Shown one piece after another: positions 1 through 7,854 of a stretch of 12,669 nt of DNA. The notes beneath the pieces were generated by a model. That model was not told where the DNA came from. It worked only from the letters and a program-made list of their open reading frames with translations, and made no database searches. A program made the translations under genes and the position numbers. How positions within the stretch are numbered: the first letter of the stretch is position 1; the number at the start of each line of letters is the position of its first letter. This DNA comes from Candidatus Hadarchaeales archaeon (GTDB lineage: Archaea > Hadarchaeota > Hadarchaeia > Hadarchaeales > Hadarchaeaceae). The DNA lies in contig JAWCLG010000021.1 of assembly GCA_038851075.1 (NCBI GenBank), positions 1-12,669 on the forward strand, in the 5' to 3' direction.

Positions 1-17
1 TCTAGGCAGTAAAGGCT

Positions 18-1073
18 TCATTTTAGTACTCTTTCCCACTTCACGTTTTCTTCAAACAGCTTTTTCATCAGATTGAGCCTGCCCGTGTCGTTGGGCTTTA
101 TCCTGCCGACTATCCCTTGGATCATGTTCAGAGTTGTATAGGTGTCATATGGGACCACTATTATCGGTGTTTTCACCTCGTCAGCCCTGGGAAGTATCTT
201 GACGCTGGGGTAGAGGTTTCCTGTGACTATGATGGCAGAGGTTCCAGTTTCCAGGGCTGCCGAGATGATATCTGTCCTGTCGCCGCCCACTATTACAGCC
301 TTGTTCGTCGTCTTTCTAAAGTATCTCATCGCGCTCTCCATGGACATGGCACCCACCAAAAAGTTCTGAACAAGGTTGTCCATGCCCTCCTTCCCGGCAA
401 TGACCTCGCCTCCCAGGAATTCCTGTATTTCCCTTACCCGCAGGGCGCCCAATATGTCACGGTTTGGTATGGAACCCAGCAGCTCTATTCCCTCTGATTC
501 CAGCACCGATCTCGTTATTCTCTCAAGTTCGGGGTATTCCTCAGGTACCCTGTTCAGTATAACTCCGGCCGGAGGTACCCCCAGATCCTCACAGAACTTC
601 ACGGTCAGTAGTAGTTCGTCGATGAAGGAATCATCCCTGACCCTAACAATTATGATGATCTTCGAGCCGAACTCCCTTGCCAGCTCCGGCGCGGCACATT
701 TGATAGAGGTACCTCCAAAGATGGAGTTGGGACCATCTATTAGCATGAGGTCTTTCCCATCCGAGACCTTTTTGTAACAGCTGATTATCCTCTCCCTGAT
801 TTCCTCCCTCCTGGAAAATGTTTTCTCGAGAAATCTCTGGCGGTCCAGTACTATCGGACACAGGTCGCCGAGCTCCTCCTTCAGATTGAGTATCTCCCTG
901 ACATTTTTGGCGTCTTCATCAGATGGCTCTCCCGCCATAACGCCATATCCGATGGGCTTGAAGTAGCCAACTCTTTTTCCAAGTTCGCTAGCTTTGAGGG
1001 CCATTGAAACTATAACGCTGGTCTTCCCAGACCATTCCGTCGGAGAGATAACGTATAATGAGGGAACTTTCAT
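18..1073 (-). CDS. Phosphotransacetylase-family protein: BioD-like P-loop N-terminal domain plus DRTGG domain, with no Pta catalytic domain (~351 aa)
   Basis: P-loop SPTEWSGKTS, then GYFKPIG, LMLIDG and GVILNRV (BioD/Pta-N motifs). DRTGG region LVGAMS...IVGGDRTDI...IIVTG...VPYDTYTT. Start moved to ATG at 1073 (MKVPS) because SD AGGAGGT lies at 1090-1084, overlapping the upstream stop. Confidence 0.88.
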   Translation of the reverse strand: MKVPSLYVISPTEWSGKTSVIVSMALKASELGKRVGYFKPIGYGVMAGEPSDEDAKNVREILNLKEELGDLCPIVLDRQRFLEKTFSRREEIRERIISCYKKVSDGKDLMLIDGPNSIFGGTSIKCAAPELAREFGSKIIIIVRVRDDSFIDELLLTVKFCEDLGVPPAGVILNRVPEEYPELERITRSVLESEGIELLGSIPNRDILGALRVREIQEFLGGEVIAGKEGMDNLVQNFLVGAMSMESAMRYFRKTTNKAVIVGGDRTDIISAALETGTSAIIVTGNLYPSVKILPRADEVKTPIIVVPYDTYTTLNMIQGIVGRIKPNDTGRLNLMKKLFEENVKWERVLK

Positions 1074-1083
1074 AATCTGACCC

Positions 1084-1090
1084 ACCTCCT
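1084..1090 (-). promoter_or_regulatory. Shine-Dalgarno site AGGAGGT for the DRTGG gene, overlapping the TAA stop of the acyl-CoA synthetase (suggests translational coupling)
   Basis: Minus strand reads TAAGGAGGTGGGTCAGATTATG. Confidence 0.8.
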
Positions 1091-3189
1091 TATTGAGAGA
1101 TGGTCGCTCTTATATCTATTGCGAGGCATCCCTTTCCCTCCTCGTATACGAATAGGGGGTTCAGCTCCAGCTCAAGGATGTTGTCCAGAGTGCTCATAAT
1201 GTGGGAGACCCTGAGCAATGTTTCTATCACGGATCCGATATCTGATGGAGGCTCTCCCCTGACACCTCTCAAGAGCGTGTATGCCTTCGTCCGCTTTATT
1301 AGTTCGCTGGCTTCATCCCTCGATAAGGGGCACAGGGCATGTGCGACGTCCCTCAGAAAGTTTACATATACTCCCCCCAAACCGAACATCAGAACTGGCC
1401 CGAACTGAAAGTCCCTGACTGCCCCAATTATGACCTCTTTTCCAGCGGGTGCCATGTGATATACCATTACCCCCATTGTCCTGCATCCCGGCATGGCAGT
1501 CCTTACCCTCCTCATGATCTCCTCATAACTTCTCCTCACTCCCTCTTCGCTCCCGACATTCAGTTTGACTCCGCCGAGATCCGTTTTGTGAACGACATCA
1601 GGGGAGACTATCTTCATGGCGACAGGATAGCCAACGCGCTCTGCGGCATCAACGGCCTCATCCGGGCTTTTTGCGATCACCACCTCCGGAACTTTTATGT
1701 TCGCCGCCCTGGCGATTCTAATGCATTCGTCTATTGTCAGGTTGACTCTGTTCTCCTCCTTGGCCCTACCGATAATTTCCTCGATATGCTGATAGTCGAT
1801 GTCATTGAATGTGGGGGGGAGGTCCTCGGGCTGGGATTGCATGGTAGAATACATGTACATATGTCCCAGTACGTTTGCAGCGGATTCAGGGAACTCATAG
1901 TTCGGCAATCCATTGCTTTCAAGTATGGCAATGGGCTCCCCGGTTATTCCCATAAAAACGGGGAGGATAGTTTTTTCGTTGTACTTTTTGGATATCTCGG
2001 ACAGGACCCCCGCTATCTCCCTCGCAGGAGTCATGGCCTGTGGAGTAACGATGACTATTGCCCCCGAGATTTTTGGGCTTGAGATGGCGATGTCCAGGGC
2101 ATTCCTGTACCTCTCGTGGTCGGCATCCCCGAGGATGTCAACCGGATTGTGGATCGCGGCGTGCGGCGGCAAAAGCGCGTGCAACTTTGTGATAGTTTCT
2201 TGATCCAGAACGGGTATCTCAAGCAATGCCTTTTCGCACGAGTCCGCAGCCAGAATTCCAGGTCCGCCGCCGTTTGTGAATATCAGCACCCCATTTCCCC
2301 TCATGATCGGCAGGCTGAAGCCCCTTACCAGGTCAAAAAGCTCCTCCAAGCTGGATGCTCTTACTATTCTGGCCTTCCTGCAGGCAGCTGTAAATGCCAC
2401 ATCTGAGCCAGCGAGGGACCCGGTATGGGACGAAACAGCTCTCACGCCCGTTTCGGTGGTGCCGGATTTCAAGACGATAACCGGTTTTTCGCGGGAGACC
2501 TTCCTGCAGACGCTGATGAATCGCCTTCCATCCTTCACCCCCTCCACATACATCCCGATCGCCCTTGTTTCATCGTCATAAGCCAGAATATCGAGGAAAT
2601 CGGTTGCTGTTAGATCCGCCTCGTTTCCAAGGCTTATGAACTTTGTAAAGCCAATTCCCCTCTGGATGGACCAGTTCAGCATGGCACTTCCCAGCGCACC
2701 GCTCTGGGAGAGCAGTGCGATTTTTCCCCTTTTTGGTGCAGCTCCCGCAAACGTGGCGTTCAGCCCTATACTCGTGTTGATGAGGCCGAGGCAGTTGGGG
2801 CCCTGCATCCTCATTCCGTATTTTCTGCACACCTGGACCAGCTCCCTTTCAAGTTTGAGCCCTTCGGCGCCGGTTTCCCCGAAGCCCGCGGATATCACAA
2901 TGAGGCCCTTCACGCCCTTTTCCCCGCATTCAGCTGCCACAGATGGCACAATTCTTGCAGGAACGCAGATGACGGCGAGATCGATCTCCTCGGTTATGTC
3001 CTTCACGCTTTTGTAACACCTTAGCCCCAAAATCTCCTCGGCTCTGGGATTCACGGGATATACCTGCCCATCAAAACCCCCTCCCAATATGTTCTTCAGC
3101 ACTCTGTAGCCCACCTTCTCTGGCTCCCGGCTTGCCCCGATAACGGCTATCGCCTCTGGTTGAAGCAGTTTTTCAATTCCCACAAGCAT
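1090..3189 (-). CDS. acdAB: ADP-forming acetate/acyl-CoA ligase (ACD), fused alpha-beta subunits (699 aa)
   Basis: CoA-binding domain AVIGAS...YPVNP, IVISAGFGE, GPNCLG, SQSGALG, SLGNEAD. Phospho-His motif SSHTGSLAG (His codon 2425-2427), then TNGGGPG and NPVDILGDA. C-terminal ATP-grasp GYPVAMKIVSPDVVHKTDLGGV (His codon 1588-1590), FGPVLMFGLGG, ELELNPL. The start may instead be GTG at 3183, which has better spacing from GAGGGG. Confidence 0.93.
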   Translation of the reverse strand: MLVGIEKLLQPEAIAVIGASREPEKVGYRVLKNILGGGFDGQVYPVNPRAEEILGLRCYKSVKDITEEIDLAVICVPARIVPSVAAECGEKGVKGLIVISAGFGETGAEGLKLERELVQVCRKYGMRMQGPNCLGLINTSIGLNATFAGAAPKRGKIALLSQSGALGSAMLNWSIQRGIGFTKFISLGNEADLTATDFLDILAYDDETRAIGMYVEGVKDGRRFISVCRKVSREKPVIVLKSGTTETGVRAVSSHTGSLAGSDVAFTAACRKARIVRASSLEELFDLVRGFSLPIMRGNGVLIFTNGGGPGILAADSCEKALLEIPVLDQETITKLHALLPPHAAIHNPVDILGDADHERYRNALDIAISSPKISGAIVIVTPQAMTPAREIAGVLSEISKKYNEKTILPVFMGITGEPIAILESNGLPNYEFPESAANVLGHMYMYSTMQSQPEDLPPTFNDIDYQHIEEIIGRAKEENRVNLTIDECIRIARAANIKVPEVVIAKSPDEAVDAAERVGYPVAMKIVSPDVVHKTDLGGVKLNVGSEEGVRRSYEEIMRRVRTAMPGCRTMGVMVYHMAPAGKEVIIGAVRDFQFGPVLMFGLGGVYVNFLRDVAHALCPLSRDEASELIKRTKAYTLLRGVRGEPPSDIGSVIETLLRVSHIMSTLDNILELELNPLFVYEEGKGCLAIDIRATISQ

Positions 3190-3290
3190 GCCCCTCTGAC
3201 GTTGACACTTAGGTGTTAATTTACTTATCCCTCTTCTCCGGCTCGAGTGTTTTTATTTAATCTCAGGAACACAGATGATAATGTGGCAAC
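3190..3290. promoter_or_regulatory. Divergent promoter region with TATA-like boxes for both directions
   Basis: 101-bp intergenic region. TTTTATTTAA at 3251-3260 lies ~30-40 bp before ATG 3291. Minus-strand TAAATTAA at ~3216-3223 lies ~30 bp before ATG 3189. Confidence 0.55.
3202..3219. repeat. 18-bp imperfect palindrome, candidate operator
   Basis: TTGACACTTAGGTGTTAA, in which 7 of 9 arm pairs are Watson-Crick complementary. Confidence 0.45.
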
Positions 3291-5141
3291 ATGGAGCAAG
3301 ACCCGCTCAAGATCTACGAGGGGCGTAAAATGAGCCTTGACGAGGCCCTGGCGCTAATAAAGACCGGGGATCACATATTCATAGGTTCAGCCTGCGGCGA
3401 GCCCCAGTATCTTGTGAGGGGGCTTGTGGAAAAGGCGAGCCACCTCTCTGACAATGAGATACTCCATGTTCACACGCTTGGTGTGGCACCGTATACCGAG
3501 CCGAGGTATTCTGACAGGTTCAGGCTCAATGCATTCTTCGTGGGAACAAATGCCAGGGAGGCTGTCGCTGACGGAAGGGCTGACTACACGCCTGTTTTTC
3601 TCTCCGAACTACCGAGGCTCATCTCACGTGGTTTTGTGCCCATCGATGTGGCATTGATTCAAGTCACCCCACCCGATGAGCACGGGTTCTGTAGCCTTGG
3701 TGTTTCGGTTGAGATAACCAAGACGGCTACCAAGGTGGCCAAGCTCATAATCGCCCAAGTCAACCGCCACATGCCCAGGGTGCTCGGAGATAGCTTCATT
3801 CATGTCAGCGAGATAGACGCGGTCGTGGAGCACGATGAGCCAATTTTGGAGCTTCCTCCCTCAGAAGGCGACATAGTTTCGGACAGAATTGCCAGGTATG
3901 TTTCAGATCTGGTTGAGGATGGTTCCACTCTTCAGATAGGTATTGGCACGGTGCCGAATGCAATTCTGAGCGCCCTCATGGACAAGAAGGACCTCGGGAT
4001 CCATACTGAGCTTCTGACGGAGGGAGTGGTGGATCTCGTTGAAGAGGGAGTGGTGACCTGCGAAAAGAAGACGATAAACAGGGGCAAGATAATCGCCTCC
4101 TTTGCTATGGGCACTCGCAGGCTCTACGACTTCATAGACAACAATCCCATGGTGGAGTTCTACGAGTCAGACTATGTTAACGATCCCTTTGTAATAGGTC
4201 AGCATGAGAAAATGGTTGCGATAAATCAGGCCCTTGAGATAGACCTTACCGGGCAGGTTTGTGCCGATTCCATAGGTTACAGGTTCTACAGCGGACTTGG
4301 GGGACAGGCTGACTTCGTGCGAGGGGCTCTCAGGTCGAAGGGCGGCAAAGCGATAATGGTGTTTCCGTCCACGGCCAAAGAGGGGGAGTACTCCAGGATA
4401 AAGTCGGTCCTCAGCGAGGGGGCAGGTGTGGTTCTGACAAGAGGCGACGTGGACTATGTGGTCACAGAATATGGTGTAGCCTCCCTTAGGGGAAAGACGG
4501 TGAAGGAGCGCGCTCTTGCCCTTATAAACATAGCTCACCCAAAGTTCAGAAATCAGCTTCTTGAGTGGGCCAAGGAGAGAAAACTGATCCCTCAGGAGAT
4601 ACTCCCCTTCCCAGAGGTGGAATACCCGGAGGAGCTAAAGAGGCGGATAGTTCTCAAGGACGGCACGTCAGTCCTGCTGCGCCCAATAAAGCCTTCTGAC
4701 GCGACCCTGAAGCAGCACCTCTTCTACGCCCTTTCAAAGGAGAGCGTGACCACAAGATTCCTCGGTTCTCTGAAGGCGATGCCCATGAAAAGGGTCTGGC
4801 CTTACGTGACGGTGGATTATGAAAATGAGATGGCAATAGTTGCAACAATAGAGGAGGGAGGTGTGGAAACCATGATTGGAATAGGAAGCTATGTGAAGAT
4901 CCCGAGGACTGACACAGCAGAGGTTGCGTTCTTGGTCAGAGACGACTGGCAAAACAGGGGGCTTGGGACCCATCTTCTGAACTACATGATCGAAATAGCC
5001 TCCAAGAAGGGAATTAAGAGCCTTATAGCATGGGTTTCCGTGAACAACACGAGGATGATGCACCTCTTCAGGAAATGTGGATACCCGATGAGGTACAAGG
5101 TGGAAGGGGATCTTTATCACGTGGTGATAGATCTCAGGTGA
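3291..5141 (+). CDS. Acetyl-CoA hydrolase/CoA-transferase (family I, 4-hydroxybutyrate CoA-transferase-like) fused to a C-terminal GNAT N-acetyltransferase (616 aa)
   Basis: GRADYTPVFLSE, DVALIQVTPPDEHGFCSLGVSV, LQIGIG, LGIHTE (catalytic Glu, codon 4008-4010), DLTGQV, SGLGGQADF, VVTEYGVA, IAHPKFR. GNAT from ~4620: LKDGTSVLLRPIKPSD, DYENEMAIVA, AEVAFLVRDDWQNRGLG, NTRMMHLFRKCG. Confidence 0.92.
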   Translation: MEQDPLKIYEGRKMSLDEALALIKTGDHIFIGSACGEPQYLVRGLVEKASHLSDNEILHVHTLGVAPYTEPRYSDRFRLNAFFVGTNAREAVADGRADYTPVFLSELPRLISRGFVPIDVALIQVTPPDEHGFCSLGVSVEITKTATKVAKLIIAQVNRHMPRVLGDSFIHVSEIDAVVEHDEPILELPPSEGDIVSDRIARYVSDLVEDGSTLQIGIGTVPNAILSALMDKKDLGIHTELLTEGVVDLVEEGVVTCEKKTINRGKIIASFAMGTRRLYDFIDNNPMVEFYESDYVNDPFVIGQHEKMVAINQALEIDLTGQVCADSIGYRFYSGLGGQADFVRGALRSKGGKAIMVFPSTAKEGEYSRIKSVLSEGAGVVLTRGDVDYVVTEYGVASLRGKTVKERALALINIAHPKFRNQLLEWAKERKLIPQEILPFPEVEYPEELKRRIVLKDGTSVLLRPIKPSDATLKQHLFYALSKESVTTRFLGSLKAMPMKRVWPYVTVDYENEMAIVATIEEGGVETMIGIGSYVKIPRTDTAEVAFLVRDDWQNRGLGTHLLNYMIEIASKKGIKSLIAWVSVNNTRMMHLFRKCGYPMRYKVEGDLYHVVIDLR

Positions 5142-5142
5142 A

Positions 5143-7854
5143 CTATGCCTTTCCCAAGAATTTTTCTCCCTCAACTTCCTTCAACTTCGCAGGTAGATAT
5201 TCGTTCACCACGTATGCAAGGCCGTACTTCGCAAACGCCTGCTGTTCAGCCTTTCTTCCCAGCTCCATCATCTTCTTTATTTCAGTCTGCCAGAAATCAG
5301 TGTTGTAGCGCGGGTCCTTCTGGAGCTGCTTCAGTCGCGCTATGTCCAGCTCGCGCAGCTTGTCGGTTGGCAGGCTGTAGTTGACAATGTCGCTCGCGGT
5401 CACCCCTATGTACTTGGCGTCCGGCACCGCGAGCTCGTGGTTGATGTAGGCAAGCTTGGCGCTCCCGGAGATCACCACCATTGCTATGTGGAAGCCAAAC
5501 GGGTCTCCGTCACAGTCGCCGACCCCGATTGGGCCCAGGCCCGCTACAACCGTTTTCGTGTCCGCTACCTCCAAATCATAAACTGGGCCGTTGGGGCTCA
5601 CTTTTGATATCCTTTTCACCGGGATTAGCCCCACTCTATTTTCGACGATATGTCCAATCCTTTCTAGAATTTGCATCTGGTTTTTAATCTCCTCGAATCT
5701 CTCCGTAACCCTATAACTCTTCAGCCCGCCACACCTCCCGCCCACGACCTCAACAAATCCGTATCTTCTCAGGTGATTCAAAATTGATCTTACGCTTGAG
5801 GGATGAATACCCGGGTTGTTCGTTGAGTTGACATCAGTTATAAGTTGGGAGCTCGTGAATTCCCCCTTTCCCATCCGGGCGAGCGAGAGGAGCACTTTCG
5901 CCGTCTTCTTCAGGGGCGCTGACTGGATGATCCTTTTGAGCCTGTCATAGGAGATCCTCCCGTCCTTCCACGCTGCCGGGGGCAATAACCTGCCAAGCCG
6001 ACCCCTCAAAAGAATTCTAAGGAATCCCCGGGCTTGTGCTAAGATGTGGCTGGGAAACCTAAAGACGAATGGGTCCTTGGAAGACTTGCTCTCAGGAGTT
6101 TCTCCGCCTAAATCCCGGACGATCTTGGAAAGCAATCTCAGGGTTTTGGCGTTTGAAATCTCTATGACATAAGTTCTTCCGGGATTTTCTGTCTTCGAGG
6201 ATCGAACAGTTGCAAACCCACCCAGTTGGATGATGAGGTTCAAAATGCCCGCCGCGAGTTCCCGGCTAACTGTCTTGGCCCACAATGACCTTAGCGACCT
6301 GAAGCTGCGAACAGGCCTGTAGGAACCATCTCCTCTGAAGTATCCGCGCAGAAATTCCATCTTCAATTCGTCCGGCGCATTGAAGATGATGTCGGGCACC
6401 CTTTTGGAGTAAGCATCCTCCCCCGTTCTCAGCACCTTTTGGAAAAACTCCGCCAGAAAATTCCCGCCGAAGTTTATGGAAACCGAGCTTGGATTCGTGG
6501 GATGTGCGTGGGGTGTGCAGCCAAATATTTTTTTCACGCAGCTCATCACGTCCTCAATGTATTCTTTCTCATGTTTTCCGAAGGAGATCGTGATCTGCCC
6601 CCGGCTGATGCAGCCTTCAGCTGCAAAGTAACCGAGCAACCTGCACAGTTCTGGGGTGAGAGGCAATTTTCTCGGGAACCTCAGCTCCGATTTTCCCCAC
6701 CGCACCCAATCATCTTGCGCATGGATTTTTTTGAGGAGATCGGGTAATGCTTCGGAAATCAGGTCGAGTATATCAATTTCATGCATTCGGTTGTTGTTTG
6801 GCAGCCCGAAACAAACAGGAATCAAATCTCCCTCCTTTACCTCACAGGCCAGCCTGAACCTGAACCTCTTCCCGTCAAAAACTATCATCGGATGGTCGTC
6901 CGTTACCCTTATGGAATAGCCGCCCTCCAAAGTGATCTCATACATCTCGCTTGCGTCTTCCCGTCTGATCGCTCTAACAATCGGTTTGACGACGGGTTTT
7001 CCGTCCATCGAGAATGAAACAACCCCGCTGTCCTTGAAAACACGGAAGTTTTCTGCCACTTCCCTGACCTTCACCATTTTCAGGTTTCCATCTTTCATCA
7101 CCAGCACAGGCTCATCGCCGTGCAGGCAGAACAGGTAAACTGGTAGCCCCAACTCCTCGTTTGCCCTCTTCAGAAATCTTCTGGTGGCGCGGGCCGCCTG
7201 TCCCTTCAGCCCCACAATCAAGGCATCGAACTTCTTCCAGGCTTCCTCCTGTACAAATCTGTGGTACATACCCATCGTCTCTATCGCTATCACCCGCTTG
7301 GCCCTGCACCTCAGGAACTCCACATCATCTATGGTGGGCGGGATTGTGTAGCCTCCACGCCCGGCCTTGGTGGCATCTATTACCGCATTATCTTCCCTGA
7401 TGGTGATCTGTCCGTACACAGCCGCGCCGTCTTCCTCAGGGACCAGCCCCATGTTCTCCCTCTTGACCCCAAAGGTAGCTTCCAGATCCTCAACCATCAG
7501 ATCGGATTCGCCCTGGTCGCGAAAAGGACCGGTCTCCCACCCCTCAGCCGTGTAGTACATCTCCCTGAGAGTTGCAAACTTTTTCTGCTCGATCAGCTCC
7601 TTTGCAAACTCGGCGGTGCACAGGAGCTGGGCGAACTTTTTTACCTGCTTCATGCTGCCCGCAGTTCTGATCCCGTATCGCGGGCCGAGCACGAAGTACC
7701 CGTTCTTTTCATCGTATACTATGTTTGATGTGCTCCTTGAAGGTATCCTGAGCTTGGGTGGCTGTCCTTTTTCTATCTCCTCCAGAACGATCTTTCCGAG
7801 ATCAGCCAGCTTTTCGAGGGCCTTTTTGCCATGCGATCTCTCAGGCTTCGGCAT
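5143..7854 (-). CDS. top6A: DNA topoisomerase VI subunit A precursor containing an intein (903 aa precursor, ~365 aa spliced)
   Basis: TLREMYY (catalytic Tyr motif), ESDLMVEDLE, Toprim IAIETMG, KGQAARATRRFL, LPVYLF|CDGDPFG (DxD motif restored on intein removal), SGSAKLA, KAEQQA. Start ATG at 7854 is preceded by CAGGTG. The gene overlaps the top6B stop by 14 bp. Confidence 0.95.
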   Translation of the reverse strand: MPKPERSHGKKALEKLADLGKIVLEEIEKGQPPKLRIPSRSTSNIVYDEKNGYFVLGPRYGIRTAGSMKQVKKFAQLLCTAEFAKELIEQKKFATLREMYYTAEGWETGPFRDQGESDLMVEDLEATFGVKRENMGLVPEEDGAAVYGQITIREDNAVIDATKAGRGGYTIPPTIDDVEFLRCRAKRVIAIETMGMYHRFVQEEAWKKFDALIVGLKGQAARATRRFLKRANEELGLPVYLFCLHGDEPVLVMKDGNLKMVKVREVAENFRVFKDSGVVSFSMDGKPVVKPIVRAIRREDASEMYEITLEGGYSIRVTDDHPMIVFDGKRFRFRLACEVKEGDLIPVCFGLPNNNRMHEIDILDLISEALPDLLKKIHAQDDWVRWGKSELRFPRKLPLTPELCRLLGYFAAEGCISRGQITISFGKHEKEYIEDVMSCVKKIFGCTPHAHPTNPSSVSINFGGNFLAEFFQKVLRTGEDAYSKRVPDIIFNAPDELKMEFLRGYFRGDGSYRPVRSFRSLRSLWAKTVSRELAAGILNLIIQLGGFATVRSSKTENPGRTYVIEISNAKTLRLLSKIVRDLGGETPESKSSKDPFVFRFPSHILAQARGFLRILLRGRLGRLLPPAAWKDGRISYDRLKRIIQSAPLKKTAKVLLSLARMGKGEFTSSQLITDVNSTNNPGIHPSSVRSILNHLRRYGFVEVVGGRCGGLKSYRVTERFEEIKNQMQILERIGHIVENRVGLIPVKRISKVSPNGPVYDLEVADTKTVVAGLGPIGVGDCDGDPFGFHIAMVVISGSAKLAYINHELAVPDAKYIGVTASDIVNYSLPTDKLRELDIARLKQLQKDPRYNTDFWQTEIKKMMELGRKAEQQAFAKYGLAYVVNEYLPAKLKEVEGEKFLGKA
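5161..5167 (+). terminator. Possible archaeal oligo-T terminator for the CoA-transferase/GNAT gene
   Basis: TTTTTCT lies 20 bp after the TGA, inside the antisense 3' end of top6A. It could simply reflect Glu/Lys codons on the other strand. Confidence 0.25.
5515..7128 (-). mobile_element. Top6A intein with LAGLIDADG homing endonuclease (538 aa), atypical C-terminus Gly-Asp
   Basis: Block A CLHGDEPVLV, block B IRVTDDHPMIV, block C LLGYFAAEG (~6613-6640), block E FLRGYFRGDGS (~6322-6354), block F VYDLEVADTKTVVAG, C-terminal end IGVGD followed by Cys+1. Confidence 0.92.

Noticed and set aside
1074-1085. ORF-track start at 1085 (MGQI extension)
   Set aside because: That GTG is part of the SD sequence. 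The ATG at 1073 is properly spaced from it.
1339-2082. 247-aa plus-strand ORF
   Set aside because: It lies wholly antisense to acdAB, has an atypical His/Pro/Asp-rich composition and shows no recognisable motif, so it is a shadow ORF.
1090-3189. Calling this gene a Pat/PatZ protein acetyltransferase
   Set aside because: It has no GNAT domain and retains the catalytic His motifs, so it is better read as an active ACD.
5143-7854. top6A as a pseudogene because the intein lacks the terminal Asn
   Set aside because: The frame is open throughout, the catalytic Tyr, Glu and DGD motifs are intact, and it is coupled to an intact top6B. This cannot be fully excluded without a splicing test.
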